Of a DNA stretch of 64,000 bases, positions 12,385-25,460 are shown piece after piece. Under the pieces are notes generated by a model. It saw only the letters and a program-made list of their open reading frames with translations. It was not told the DNA's origin and searched no databases. A program made the translations under genes and the position numbers. Within the stretch, counting starts at the first letter, position 1, and the number at the start of each line of letters is the position of its first letter. Source of the DNA: Phoronis australis (taxonomy: Eukaryota > Animalia > Phoronida); contig NMRA01000182.1 in NCBI GenBank assembly GCA_002633005.1, positions 381,077-445,076 of the forward strand. Direction: 5' to 3'.

Positions 12385-15235
12385 GTAAAAACTACTAACC
12401 CCTATAAGAAACTTATTGAATCTCAGAGAAAGAAGTTCTCAATTACATTGAATTCTTAGCAACATGGCTGAAGAAGATTCTAGAATTAGTGCTGAACGCA
12501 CAACACTGGAAATGCAATTATGATGTTTTCATCATGGACGAGAATGGGAAATCGAACCAGTGAGATTGTTTTGGTTGGTCTGGGGCTTTTGTAACCAGAG
12601 GGTTTTAAAGGATGTTTGCAAATCGGAAGTTAAATGTCCATTCACCAAACGTTAGTACACTTGACAAACACTGGTACAAAGACCTTAACCTTCTTTTACA
12701 AATTGATACCATGTGAGTGCTGTTGCTATTCTTTTATATGGCAGTATCGGCTTTAGTGCATTTTATAAGTGTAACCTATTTTTGCTTACCCTGTATGTTA
12801 TCGTGTTTCCTCGTGGATATGACAACAAGTTATCGTAGGTTGCAGATAAACTTGTTTGCCTAGTGCTAGTCAAGATTAAGTGCTTGTGTCCCCCTTAACA
12901 CTTGCATAGATGTAAGATACAATATTACTTCCTTGTAACCTGACTTTTAACACTCCTGATTTGGTTGTTTGAAGTTTCCTAACGCTTACTTTTATTGCTC
13001 ATAATTTTGAAACACCAAACTGTATCTGATGCTAACTGATTTTAGATGTTTTACTAGCCACTGAAAGATTGCAAAACATTGCCCTGACTTGGGTTGCATT
13101 CTCCAAGTATCAGGTCTGCATTAGTAGCGAAGCAGGTGACCACACTAGCTCTACCTGGTGTTTACGGAATGTTACCCTGAATCCTCTACACCAGACTTAC
13201 TGTGCGCTGCCTTAGATTTTGGGAAAGGATCCCTGTTAGAAAAAAAATTGGCTTCGTTAGTTTTAAATGATTTGTTTTAGTTGTGATTCAAGGAATTTGT
13301 TTAATTAGCTTTTTAATGTTAATATGTTGTTCTCTTTTCTATTGAGAAATTTAATCACCGAAAGGTAACGTTTCTCATACTACGTAATTTATATTTTGGT
13401 GCTCATCATACAACCCTTATGTATTCATCATCCGTGTTCATCATACAACCCTCATGATTCATGATCATCATACAACTCTTATTACTTAGTGGCAAAGCAA
13501 CACACTTGGTGAAATGAAATTTGTTTTTATTTGATTGTATGTTTCTATCTTTCTTTACTCTTTACAGATCGCAATTCTTATCAGATCACCGCGAAATTTA
13601 CATGTGTGTCACGTGAATGGCTCTAAGCCTAATGTTTTTGGTTAAAGTCAGACTTAAGATTTCATTTTTCCCGCTTTTTGGTTTGCATTTTCGTTTACAA
13701 ATACCTATGCGGTATGTCGTCTGCAAAATCCCTCTATTGTCGCACTCAACACATATTGTTGCCCTGGCGACAATATGTGTGGAGAGCGACAAGCCCGCAT
13801 TCTTATTCACAAAACTTTAGCAAGATTTTAGCATCACACTATTGTGATCATGCATGATCTTGCCAAATTGGCGAGGTAGTGTCTTTATTGAGTATACCTC
13901 GCTACCACGGAAAATGGCTTCTGCGTAAAAATTTACTTCAGCACAAATTACTGTACTTTCACATGAATGTGAATGAATTGGCATACTTGCAAAATGTTTC
14001 GCTCTTAACAAAATAAATCAAATTTGCTGAAGAACTAAATTTTATTGCTGACGATCTGAAAACCGTTACTGAAATTTCGAACAGCTTGCTTGTCTTTCTC
14101 AGTCCAATGTTTCCCTGAAAATCAAAAAATGTATTGACAATGAGTGAAGTAATGTAACGTCCACCAACAAGTCTTTCTGTACATTATACTTCAATAAGTG
14201 CAATGGTTCGCACAGCACAAAATGGTTTAGACGTGGCAGGGATGATAAGTACTCTAACTAAAATATCAGCATACACTGTTGAGAGGCACACCATTCGAAG
14301 ATATCAGAGCCTGCTGTCTAGTCCAAACTCAGACTTGACTCGGACTGGAAATCCATCCAATCACGCTCTATGATTCCAGTGCAAATTGCGAGTTTACTAG
14401 AAGTGTGACGCGCTAATGGTCAATTTTTAAGCCGAGTCTTGAGTACAGAGGTAAGAGCCCGGGCCCTGGTCTTTGGCAAAAAGTCATGAAATTTGCAAAA
14501 GAAAAAAAATTATTTGGCAACATTGTTGCCAGATGCATTATTGACCCTTACTGGATATGAAGGAAGTGTTCCGTTTGCTTTAATGGGTGCACTATGTACG
14601 AGTTTAGACTGACCACTGATCACAAATGGGCCTATTGAGAAGCATAATCTCACGAACCAGATGGACCCAAGAAAAACCCTATCTGTTATTTTGTGTCTTA
14701 AGAATGCATCTGCTAACAGGATTTAACTGACCTCTTCTCTTGTTCGATGCTCTGACTGTCTGCTTCAAGGGAACTGGTCTGTGAATCCATGTCGGCGTAT
14801 GCTTTCCGAGCAATGTTTGCACAACCCAGACCTCCACAACTAAAAGCATCGACGACACTGCAGTGAAAAAAATATGCTTTGGTCAGACATTTTTAATTAT
14901 AAATTTGCGATGATTAAAAGTACTTAGTTACAAAAACACATTACAACAGTGTTCAGCACCAAATATACTATTGTTTTTATAAACTATAACTATAATATTG
15001 TTGCCAACATGGCGACTGAAGACTTCGACCAGCCACCGACAAGGATTCGCCCCCTGTCCCTAGGTAGACAGATGCTTTAAAGCGGAACTTGCAGGCTAAT
15101 TCCTATTCTCCGTGATTGCTTGGCCAAATTAGTTAGAAACACAACATATAGCAACAATGTGAATATGAAAATGGTTGAATACTGCCACTGTGGCGAATAT
15201 GATCGCTACAAATCACTGAACCATGTCTAGTAAAT

Positions 15236-15460
15236 ATCGTGTCATGATGATGGGGAATAACACTGCATGATGCAGGCTATGTGAGCTTGCGAGGTACGTC
15301 ATTAGTGCAACGATCGCTTATTTGAAGATTTTTTTTGTTTTTTCATTTACAAGTTGTCAGTGAGTACAATTGCACATTAGTTAGATTAGATTATGTTAAA
15401 AGAGCGTTGTAGTTTAGCTTCTGCTTTATATTAGCGTAGTTAGGAGCATGCAACTACATC
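15236..15460 (+). repeat. Dispersed repeat family, unclassified (other copies near 62455-62680 and 63320-63548)
   Basis: Shared tgggga(a)ataacactgcatgatg...cgtcattagtgcaa...catttacaagttgtca...ggagcatgcaa. Confidence 0.8.
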
Positions 15461-16645
15461 TTTAATTTTACCAAAGTTAGGAATGAATTGTCCACCACTA
15501 CATCATTCATTCACCTATATTTGACCAAAAGACTTCATAAAGGAATACCAATCCAATGCCGTCATTCACCAGTGTTCTGTGGGACAACCCAGTGTTCTCA
15601 AAACGAAGCCAGCTTAAACTGTTGAAGGTGCAAGTTAAGCTACATACATGTATAAGCTGTGCTGATATGCAGCCTGCATGGACTTGTATAGAGAAGTTCA
15701 CAAGTTTCCTTCCAAAATCTATTTTTAGTATTTATACAGACAATATAAAAATATTCATCTCCAAAACACTCTAATAATAATCGTTGGTCGCATTACTCAA
15801 TTCAAAATTTTTCTCTATCTTCGCACACTCGATTCGAGTGCACTCTATACAACATGACATGAATGTAACATTTTCAGAACCACTGTTGAAACAATAAGTG
15901 ACGTCGTCCAACAAAATTTATCCGGTTTCGTAAGTATTTGACCATTAATTGAAACAGAGGTGGCTTTTCAGTAACACTTATAAATTTAAGATTCTGCCAA
16001 AGGTACACTTGTTTAGGCAGCTGTAACAGAAAAAACATGTTTGTGACTTGCCATTTTTTCAGATTTGCAGAAGGCAAATACAAAAATACGAAATGTGAAA
16101 ATTTTCAACATTCAACGATTATTTAAAACTGTTTCAAACTCCCTCATAATACTTACGTTGTGGTCACCATAGCTGTGATTACCAACAAAGTGAGGAAAAA
16201 CGCAGCGATCTTCATAGTTACCTAGGAAACGAAGAAGCATCAGTATTATCAGAACATAAAAACCTTAATGACAGTGTGCTATGCATGTAACAAGTTGCAT
16301 TAAATGAATACGAATAGCAATACTTTTGGATACTGACCAGAGAGAAAAAATTCTGTGAAGTCAGAAATCTCTGTCGATTTCTCAAGTCAACGTTTTTATA
16401 GCCTTCGGTATGGTGGTGTTTTAAAGTAGTATGGAGGTGTTAAGCATACTTGACTTATTGCAAGGTCCGCCCCGTTAGTAATGTCTACTAACAAACAATA
16501 AGTTTTACTTGGCAATGAGTTGTTTGTCAGGTAAAATGGCGACATGAAAACGAAGTTGTATCAAGAATACTGTGTTGTGATTGGTCAGTTAAGCCGTCAC
16601 TCAAACTCCTGGTGATAGGTCAATTACAGTTTCAGCTTACTGTTA

Positions 16646-18139
16646 CCTTATTCGCCGTAATCACCGCCCATGCCCCTATAAGCGCCCACTCAGACGTTTT
16701 CAGACTTTGCTAAAATAAGCGTCCAGCCCATGAACGTGTACATGTGAAAAATGCCTTGCCTTCAGTTCTAAAATAATTGTACAGTAAAGTCTTCAATTCA
16801 TCAATAAGATTCAACAGTCCTGAAAAATCATTGTGCGCAGAATGTGTAGAGCACGAGCGTCGCCGCTATGTTGGTATTTAGCTGTGACCGCACTTTAAAC
16901 TTCCGGAATGCTTCAAAAACAACACTATAGTTTTGCTGATCTTGCGAGTAACGTGTCCCCCTATGGTGTGGCCTTTCAGTACAGACGCAGCGTACAGCCG
17001 CAGCGTACAGCCGCAGCGTACTTGTCAATGGGATTGTATTGTATCTTTCCCCTACAGATCTTTTCCCTCAACAAGAATCCAACTTTATTTGTACACGAAG
17101 ACTAATAAAAACTTGACCAATATTAAAAACATGTGGCCAGGAAGCGCGCTTTACATACATGTACCTGTCATCGAAGACATTAGTCTTCTGGAACTATCCT
17201 TTCATGAAACGGGTAGCATAGCATCGGCAAGAAATAAATATTTGCACTAATTTCCGAAAGTTTCTAATACCATAAAAATCTTTTGCATTATTTTCAAGAG
17301 GAATTATTTTGTTAATCGTAATTGCTGTTTTTAACGTCAAAATGATCCACTGATAGTGAACACTTTCGCACCCTTACACCCCGAATCTCCCGGAAAATAA
17401 CTGTTGGACTGTCACGCATCCAGTCACCAGCGACTCAATAATGACATTTCATATTGACCTTACCGAGACAATTTTCAAACCTTTTTTAGCAGAATAGTTC
17501 CACAAGTGCTAACTTAAAAACGTTTTGCTTTACTGCTTGTGTCAGTTTCTTTAGTTACAATGCACACCTAGATTGTTACATTGCATTTACTCTGACTGGC
17601 AAATGAACTCTAATGACACACACGTGCTCGTTTATTCACACATACGCAGACGAACTTCAAAACAAACATCACGTGACAACGTGTGTGTTCGTCGAGATTT
17701 TTCTCGTGTTGTGGGGTACGATCTGGCGCAGATTTGAACTTAATTTGCAATTAATCATGACCTCACAGGAACTTAAAAATCATAGGGACGCGCAAGTTGT
17801 TGAGTCGAATTTGTATTTTTATTCAAGAATTCAAGTTGCCCTATCGACGATCGCAAGGCAGTGACTCTTCAGTCGACGAGTTTTCGCCCTGGGGTTTCAG
17901 CATAATTTTCTAAAAAAATGAGTAATTTGACAAGGAAGTTTAATAGCAATGCACCACAGTTTTGTAGAAAGACTGGCACAGATTACAGAAATGTCAGAGC
18001 ATAAATGTGATGATACCTGGCTTATGATTTCACCCGTTTCGGAAACTGGGTTTCAACTGTCTTAGGCTACAATAAGCTCGCCCCCCCTTCCGAAACATAT
18101 TTTTCTGGGCGCTCTGAGCGGTTATTAGGGCGAATACGA
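16646..18139. mobile_element. Non-autonomous DNA transposon (Tc1/mariner-pogo-like CCGTA-type ends, TA flanks)
   Basis: TA|ccttattcgccgtaatcaccgccca ... tgagcggttattagggcgaatacga|TA imperfect ~25-bp TIRs; no transposase ORF. Confidence 0.6.
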
Positions 18140-19790
18140 TAATTAAAATAGCACAAGCAATTATACAATAGACATACACACTAGTGTAGATAGTTGGGGC
18201 TCATTCAACTTTTAATCAAAATTATCTAGTTGTAATACGAGTCATTAAAGAGACATCATCTGGCGAAAATGCATTTTGGGGGTATTGTTGTTCGCATACG
18301 TTGTGGTCGGAATTTTAAAGTAGTGGATTTTATTACATTTAGTTTTAAACTCTTTGGTTGCTATCTTTCCATCAAGTTACGTGGTGGGTGTCCAAGTGGC
18401 TCGCACAAAAAGTCACCATTGGGAAATATCCCGGATAAAAGAAATTGTTGCTCAACTTATCCCACCCTTAAAAACATGTGATTGAAACAATCAGTAGTAG
18501 CTTTGTTGTTCTCTGTGTACTAAGCAGTTTGATGTTAGATGTTTGCTTTGAATTTTTTACTGCAAGAGGAGAGCTTTACTCAAACAAAGCACCTACAAAC
18601 AACAAATGACTTCCATATACGCGAGAAAAGTGATTTTCTGAGAGCCTAATTACAGATTCGAAACGGGAACTTTTGCATACGCAACTGCTGGTTGAGCTAA
18701 ATCTCACTATGGCAGATGAGTTTAAGCGTATTTAAAGATGTAGTTACACTTTTCATTCACCAATTTAGAACGCAGGATGATGTAATTTCGTAACTCAGCA
18801 CTGTTTGTGTTTGCCTTCTTGTACTATTAAGTTTTTTATAAAGTGGGCAGGGTTTCTGCAGATACCTCATTACATATGGCTGCAGTTGAATGAGTACCCT
18901 TAATACGACCATTTTAGGTGATGGTGCACCACCAAAAATATTAATTTAACTAAAAATTCATATTAATTTCAAATGATTGAAAGTATTTAGAGTTGTGTTG
19001 AATGAGCACTTTTTGGGGTAACTTGTGTTAAAATCCTTTTCACAAAGTTTTTCTTTAAAATTAAGGGGATGAGCATCTTTAACTGCCTTTGACCTCGGAT
19101 AAGTAGTAAACAAATATCCATGCGGTTGTGCGGTTCCAAGGTGGTTTTGTTGAATCTTTTTTTCTCGCTACGCAGTATATATTTTGTATTTGAAGTTCCC
19201 TGAGAACGAAGATGAGGTATTTTACTAGACACGTGAAATATTGTAAAAATGACCATTTTTGTGAATAAGGGTGGAGATAACCTTAAGTTAATGTAGTTGA
19301 CAATATAGGTGCTCTTATTAAAATATATTGTAATTGTAATTTATTTTGGCTTAATGTTTCAATACCTTCATTGTATAATATGCTCATCAGACTAATCGCT
19401 TGTCTTATTATGGATTGTCACTAGCTATCTACTTTAAAATGGCGAGTTAACGCCCCGGGTGCTTAAATTGGGAAACCCTGAGGCTGGGGGTGGGCGATTA
19501 CCTAAGCAGTGGGCGCTTATGTCCAAGTTTTAGCTGAACTGGACAAGCTCACGATGTGTTCATTCCAGCACGTAACTTGTAAGTTTGGTCAGTCAGCGGA
19601 ACCCGACAACTGCAAAGTTTCTCACGGCTCGAACAGAAACCGGATTTCAAGTTTGAAAGGCTGATTTCACGAGAATGTTGCTAATAACTCAGATATATAT
19701 ATGTTAGCTGTAAGTGGGAATTGTTTTTTCCAAAATCAGGGCGACAATTGTGTATCTTATTCGGTAACTTTAAAAAAATCGCCGTAGGTG

Positions 19791-20684
19791 CTAGTTGGTC
19801 GTCAAGTTTTTATGTGGTGAAACGAAATTTCTCCAAGTATGTTGCTTTGTGGTAATTTTTTTATTGTTCCTTGTTCGCACGCTACGGATCACAATTCTTA
19901 TCAGGTCAGCGTGAAAGTGCACACAATATGTGTCGTGAATGGCTCGAACCCTATAGATTTTTTTATAATGAAATCGGTACAAGATGTCGCTGTGGTGGCC
20001 AGTTTTTCCATTTTTCGTCTGCTTGGCTATTTCTGGTGGGATTTTTCGGATTTTTTTTTCTGTGAAAAGAGCATTCCAAGAGCTATCGCAGTCTTCTCAT
20101 TTGTTTTTATGCGCCCACATATTTATATGTGGACGCATTATGCCGTCATCTCTGTCCGTCCGTGCGTCCGTCCGTCCGGGCGGCGTCCGGCGTCCGCTGC
20201 TCTATCTCCAAAACCCTTTGACATACGTTCATGAAATTTGGCACATATGTTCCATTCATGAATGGGACGGCATGTGCGAACTTTTGGACGGATCCGACTA
20301 CCGGTGTGCCCCCTAGTGGCAATTTTAGTTTTTTACGCTTACCTTTGTATCTTCAAAAGTCCTGAANCTAGTTGGTCGTCAAGTTTTTATGTGGTGAAAC
20401 GAAATTTCTCCAAGTATGTTGCTTTGTGGTAATTTTTTTATTGTTCCTTGTTCGCACGCTACGGATCGCAATTCTTATCAGGTCAGCGTGAAAGTGCACA
20501 CAATATGTGTCGTGAATGGCTCGAAGCCTATAGATTTTTTTATAATGAAATCGGTACAAGATGTCGCTGTGGTGGCCAGTTTTTCCATTTTTCGTCTGCT
20601 TGGCTATTTCTGGTGGGATTTTTCGGATTTTTTTTCTGTGAAAAGAGCATTCCAAGAGCTATCGCAGTCTTCTTATTTGTTTTT
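19791..20684. repeat. ~315-bp duplication across N20367 (probable haplotypes)
   Basis: 19791-20108 matches 20368-20684. Confidence 0.9.
20109..20366 (+). mobile_element. 5' end of HINE/DINE-1-like element, cut by assembly gap
   Basis: TTTTT|atgcgcccacatatttatatgtggacgcat hairpin, (GTCC)n microsatellite, first subrepeat. Confidence 0.8.
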
Positions 20685-21700
20685 CTCTATGTCTTGCCAT
20701 TCTTTAGTTATTCAAGATTTTCCAAGGACTTGTCTTCAAATAACTGAGTTTTTGTACATTATCTTCAGCGTCCCTTGACGAAACTCCCTGAAATTTAGTG
20801 TATGCATGGTCCTTTTCAAGAAGTATCAGTATTGTGAAACCCCTTTCTTGTTGCGAGTCACTATTCGCGCGTTATTCAAGGTTTACTGCTCTTTTGTTGA
20901 CTATTTATTTATAGCTGCACTTTTTTAGCCTATAATATTTGTGCTAGAGATCGCATTTTTCGTCTGATCGACATAAGATTTACATACAGTGTTTGTTTAT
21001 TTAATAGCCTGCGGGCTTTTGTTCTTGGGTGAAATGAAATCCAAGATGGCGCTGTGACTGCCATTTTTCAAATTGTGTTTGCAGAGCTCTTACTTTGCAA
21101 TTCTTTGATGGAACCTTTCAAATTTAGTATGTAAATAGATCTCCTCACTGGCTATCTAGTATGTTACTGTTGTAAGCATTGGTGTCATGGTTGTTTATGT
21201 ACTTGGTTTTGTCATCAATCTGACCTTCAAATGTTTACTAGATTCCACCAAGTGTTGTTCTTGAGAGAGCTTTCAAGTCTTGTGTATTCATCATTTGTGC
21301 TCATCATATGACTAGTGTATCCATAATCCCTGTTGAATTATTAAGTGGAAAGCCATTTTATGGTGATTGTATTCAAGTACATTCTAGTTTTGCTGTGATT
21401 AATTCCTGTTTTGTATGGAAAAGATGCCCTCATGTGCAATATTTTGAGGCTTTTTTCATGAATAACTCAAAGTGACACCCATATGTGTTTAGCATGTAAA
21501 ACAGTTATTTGAAAGGTTATTTTATGTCCTCCCATAACTGTGCCTATTTGAAGTGCTTACTAAGTTTTGAAGCTAATCTAGTTTGACATATAAAATTTTT
21601 GATCACGAAACACCAAGACTCTCTTTTGTTGGCGAAATCCTTTGTGGTAATGAGATCTGTTTTCTCTTGGATTACGGTTATAAAAGTCTTGTTGTTTCAG

Positions 21701-21782
21701 GGAGAAGATGTTACTGCCCATTAGGCTGTCCCTTGAGTCCACAAATGGAAAGTTGTCCAGCCTTGCTGTGGTTGGCTTACAG
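21701..21782 (+). CDS. ARFGEF3: ARFGEF3 coding exon 3, copy A (probable allelic duplicate)
   Basis: EKMLLPIRLSLESTNGKLSSLAVVGLQ; tttcag/gtattc; repeated at 22251 across N at 21980. Confidence 0.7.
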
Positions 21783-22250
21783 GTATTCCATCTTCCATCT
21801 TGTGGTTTTGTGTAATATACAGGTACTAGGCCTTTAGCCAGACTGGAGTTGGAAAAGCAATGATCTCTGCTACATTACATGGGTAATAAACTAGAACACT
21901 TAGGGATCTAGCATTCAGGTATGTCTAGCGTGAAAGGCTAATTGTGTTATCATTAGGAAAGGTTTCAAGAATGTAACTTNCATGTGCAATATTTTGAGGC
22001 TTTTTTCATGAATAACTCAAAGTGACACCCATATGTGTTTAGCATGTAAAACAGTTATTTGAAAGGTTATTTTATGTCCTCCCATAACTGTGCCTATTTG
22101 AAGTGCTTACTAAGTTTTGAAGCTAATCCGGTTTGACATATAAAATTTTTGATCATGAAACACCAAGACTCTCTTTTGTTGGCGAAATCCTTTGTGGTAA
22201 TGAGATCTGTTTTCTCTTGGATTACGGTTATAAAAGTCTTGTTGTTTCAG

Positions 22251-22332
22251 GGAGAAGATGTTACTGCCCATTAGGCTATCCCTTGAGTCCACAAATGGAA
22301 AGTTGTCCAGCCTTGCTGTGGTTGGCTTGCAG
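22251..22332 (+). CDS. ARFGEF3: ARFGEF3 coding exon 3, copy B
   Basis: Same peptide as copy A with two synonymous differences (CTG/CTA, TTA/TTG); contiguous with exon 4. Confidence 0.8.
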
Positions 22333-22722
22333 GTATTCCATCTTCCATCTTGTGGTTTTGTGTAATATACAGGTATAGTACTAGGCCTTTAGCCAGACTG
22401 GAGTTGGTAAAGCAATGATCTCTGCTACATTACATGGGTAATAAACTAGAACACTTAGGGATCTAGCATTCAGTTATGTATAGCGTGAAAGGCTAAATGT
22501 GTTTTCATTGGGAAAGGTTTCAAGAATGTAACTTCCCCCCCTCCCGTTCAACTTTTGACCATATGTACTATGTACTGCTGAGAAGCTTGCTTGTAATTAA
22601 AATTTTGTCCGGTGTCGTCTGAGTAATACTGTGCTGAAAGTCATTCAGGAATTAATTGGGATTTTTGTGTTGTCATTTCGCCGTCAGTTATAATTTCAAA
22701 TTAGCCACTTTGGGTTTTGTAG

Positions 22723-22857
22723 TCCATGATGAGAGATGATCGATTTCATACATCCATCGAGTCGGACAAGGAAGAGGAATGGCTACCAATGCAGATCATC
22801 TATGCTGTGGCCAACATACCTAAGCTCTCTGATGAAATACAGATAGAAGTCATGAAA
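22723..22857 (+). CDS. ARFGEF3: ARFGEF3 coding exon 4
   Basis: SMMRDDRFHTSIESDKEEEWLPMQIIYAVANIPKLSDEIQIEVMK; ttgtag/gtaagt. Confidence 0.92.
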
Positions 22858-23380
22858 GTAAGTTTGTTGACCTAAAAACTCCAGATATTACCATTTGTTC
22901 ACACGGTACAAGGTGATAGACGTTGTCTATGAGCAAGTTGGAAATATTTCTAAATTTTTTGTTATTCTCCGTTATTGTATCGATGGTCCCTGGAGATAGA
23001 AGTCATGAAATTAAATTGGAAGTCATTTCTAGTTTCTAACATTGTGACTTACTGTGCTGATGTTCCTTAGAGACAGAAGTCACGTAAAAGTATCTTAGGA
23101 TTTTTCTAAAACTCCTGATATTGGAAGTTACTGTCCCGATGTCCTCTGGAAAAAAGAATTTGAGAATAACAGTTACTGTTTTGATGTTACCTGAAGTCGC
23201 ACATAATTTAGTTACAGGACTTTTTTAAAGCTTCTGATATTTTGCGTTACTGTGTCGATGGTCTCTGAAGCGGAAGTTTTGAGAATGAGTTTGTTGACTT
23301 TTATAGAGCTTTTGATGCTGCTGTTTGATGATTAATTGATTCCTGGAGATAGGGGTCATCAATAAGTCTGTAGGACTCAT
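22830..23380 (+). repeat. Degenerate ~75-80-bp tandem array starting in the 3' end of exon 4
   Basis: agatagaagtcatgaaa exact at 22841-22857 and 22994-23010; recurring ttactgt..gatg.tc..tg(g)a units. Confidence 0.6.
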
Positions 23381-23659
23381 GAAGACAGTGAGCTCCACTC
23401 TGACTCAGACTCGTTTCCAAGAAGTCTAGCTCAGCTTACGCTTCTCAAATATAGAGAAGTATAATAGCTTAAGTCAAATAATGGGCCTTGATACTTGTGA
23501 GTTGCTCTAAAAATAACCAGTAAAAAGGGTTCATGTCATTAGTCCCATTTCCATTTGTGGCCTGCAAGGGATGTTTTTATACTGTTAAAAATGTCATGTA
23601 AATGTCAAGGAGGTAAATTTGCCAGATGGTGAGAGGCTTTTGTGGATGTGTTCAAATTA

Positions 23660-25460
23660 TTTGTAGACTAAATTGTACCTAGAGTCAGGGTATGTGCTAA
23701 TTATAACTCCATGTGCACATATGCATGTTTCAATTGATTTTATTTGTTGTATTTCGAAATGAGTAACATTTTAAGGGGATCTACTATCGCCCCTGTGTGC
23801 CTGCGGCATTCAGGCCTAGACTGGGTCGAGTTCCAATGTAAGTCTGTTCACAGCTTCGCACAACATAGCAAGTTCACATTTTCTTCGTCCATTCACAGTT
23901 ATTCCGCGATCCATCGACCATCCCTTAAATTGTGTTAACGTTTTAAGAACAAAATTCACCATAAAAACTTCAGTAAGATTTTGCGTGTGTAGCAAAGACT
24001 CGCGGCAAAACACGAACAATAATGCGGGTTTTGCCCTCCTTCGGTGACGTCTCATTGACTAACTGGAAACTCACAAGTGAGCTATTACCGACCAAACCTG
24101 CACGAAGCAGTTGGATTTTGAGGTAAGCCAAGTGTCTTACTATTCTTGGCATGGTATTGGGCACCAATTTAAACAAGGATAACATCTTTATTTAAAATGC
24201 ACAAACAGCAAAATGCTTGCTACTTTTTTCAACCAATTTGTGCCACTTGTACACACCTATTTATCATTCGGGTCAAATTCGTTCGTGCTAATGCGTTGTC
24301 GGCTAAAATCTAAATTGGAACAGTGACACCTTTTACCAAAAATGTCTCCCCAATAAAATTTTGATTGAGACCACTCGCCATTATGAAGTTGGTTTCAAAT
24401 TGTTCATTAATGTGATTTCTGGGTTTGAAAAGACTCGGCAGTTTGTTATTGTTTGAAACCAGTCTCTGCACTGAAAAGAATCGTATGCTGACCAGTACTC
24501 GGCAGTTTGGGCTACTTGACCGGTTCCGCTGACCTTACAATCAGCTGCTATCTTCAAAGAAATCATCCAGTCTTATCTAATGTTATAGCTCTCTGGAGAT
24601 CAATTTGAGTAATCGGGTACAAACTTGCCCGTCATCAACATGGTTCTAAACACTGGGAGCAACTGTAGCATTTTTAAAATTTTCATTTCATTTTATGTGT
24701 CGATACATGTAGATAACAGATTGCATGACCTATATATATAGTAAGTAGTCTGCAGTCGGTAACCTAAGAAACACATAGCCCTCGGTTGGCCGGTTAGGGG
24801 CTACAATACTTCCCATTGCTTTCTGTAAGAATTTGGTCCCATGTATTTTAAACAGATGGTAGGCGAAATTGGCTCACGGATTAAGAATGTTTACCTTGTC
24901 AAAAATACATTCTACACTTAAAACTATCACTTAAAAAACCCACTTACTTTCTTTAGTGATCCTTTCTGCTTCTACACGTATCTTCGGTGAAGCTTAGTTA
25001 CAAGAATTAACTTAAAGGTGAATTTTGTGAAGAATTCCGACTCCACTTTTTGGTGACTGTTAACTTTTTCACCACACACGCTGTAACCACAAAGTATTTC
25101 AACTGAGTCACGTGAGTTATGCAAATGCGAGATTGAGAGCACGTGACCTGGCGCGAGACACTTGCAAGCAAAATAGCATGGGAAGATATCAGGTGAAATT
25201 TGTAAGATTTGTGTCTCTTGGACAACAGGCGTGATTTCACGTACATGTAACTTCCTCAAAATGAGCGAACTTCGACATATTTTCATGGATATGTTCAAGT
25301 TATGTTGACTAAATTGTATCCAGAGTCATGGTATTTGTTAATTATAACTCCATGTGGATATATGCATGTTTCTTTGGATTATATTTGCTGTATTTTGAAA
25401 TGAGTAACTTTTTATGGGTATGTACTATTGGCCCTGTATGCCTGTAGCATTCAGGGCAAT
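23660..25460 (+). repeat. Pair of ~155-bp diverged direct repeats (about 23660-23815 and 25305-25457)
   Basis: gactaaattgta..agagtca.ggtat.tg.taattataactccatgtg...gaaatgagtaac...gcattcagg in both. Confidence 0.8.

Larger units (their letters stand above)
21431..22534. repeat. ~550-bp duplication across N21980 containing exon 3
   Basis: 21431-21979 matches 21981-22534. Confidence 0.92.

Noticed and set aside
19527-20105. Second HINE-like family (ttttagctg... ending agagctatcgcag), partly similar to the 13570 region
   Set aside because: Termini could not be defined with confidence from this window alone.
21701-22332. Duplicated exon 3 (and exon 5) as mutually exclusive exons
   Set aside because: Identical peptides, near-identical introns, and the junction is an assembly N; best explained as alleles.
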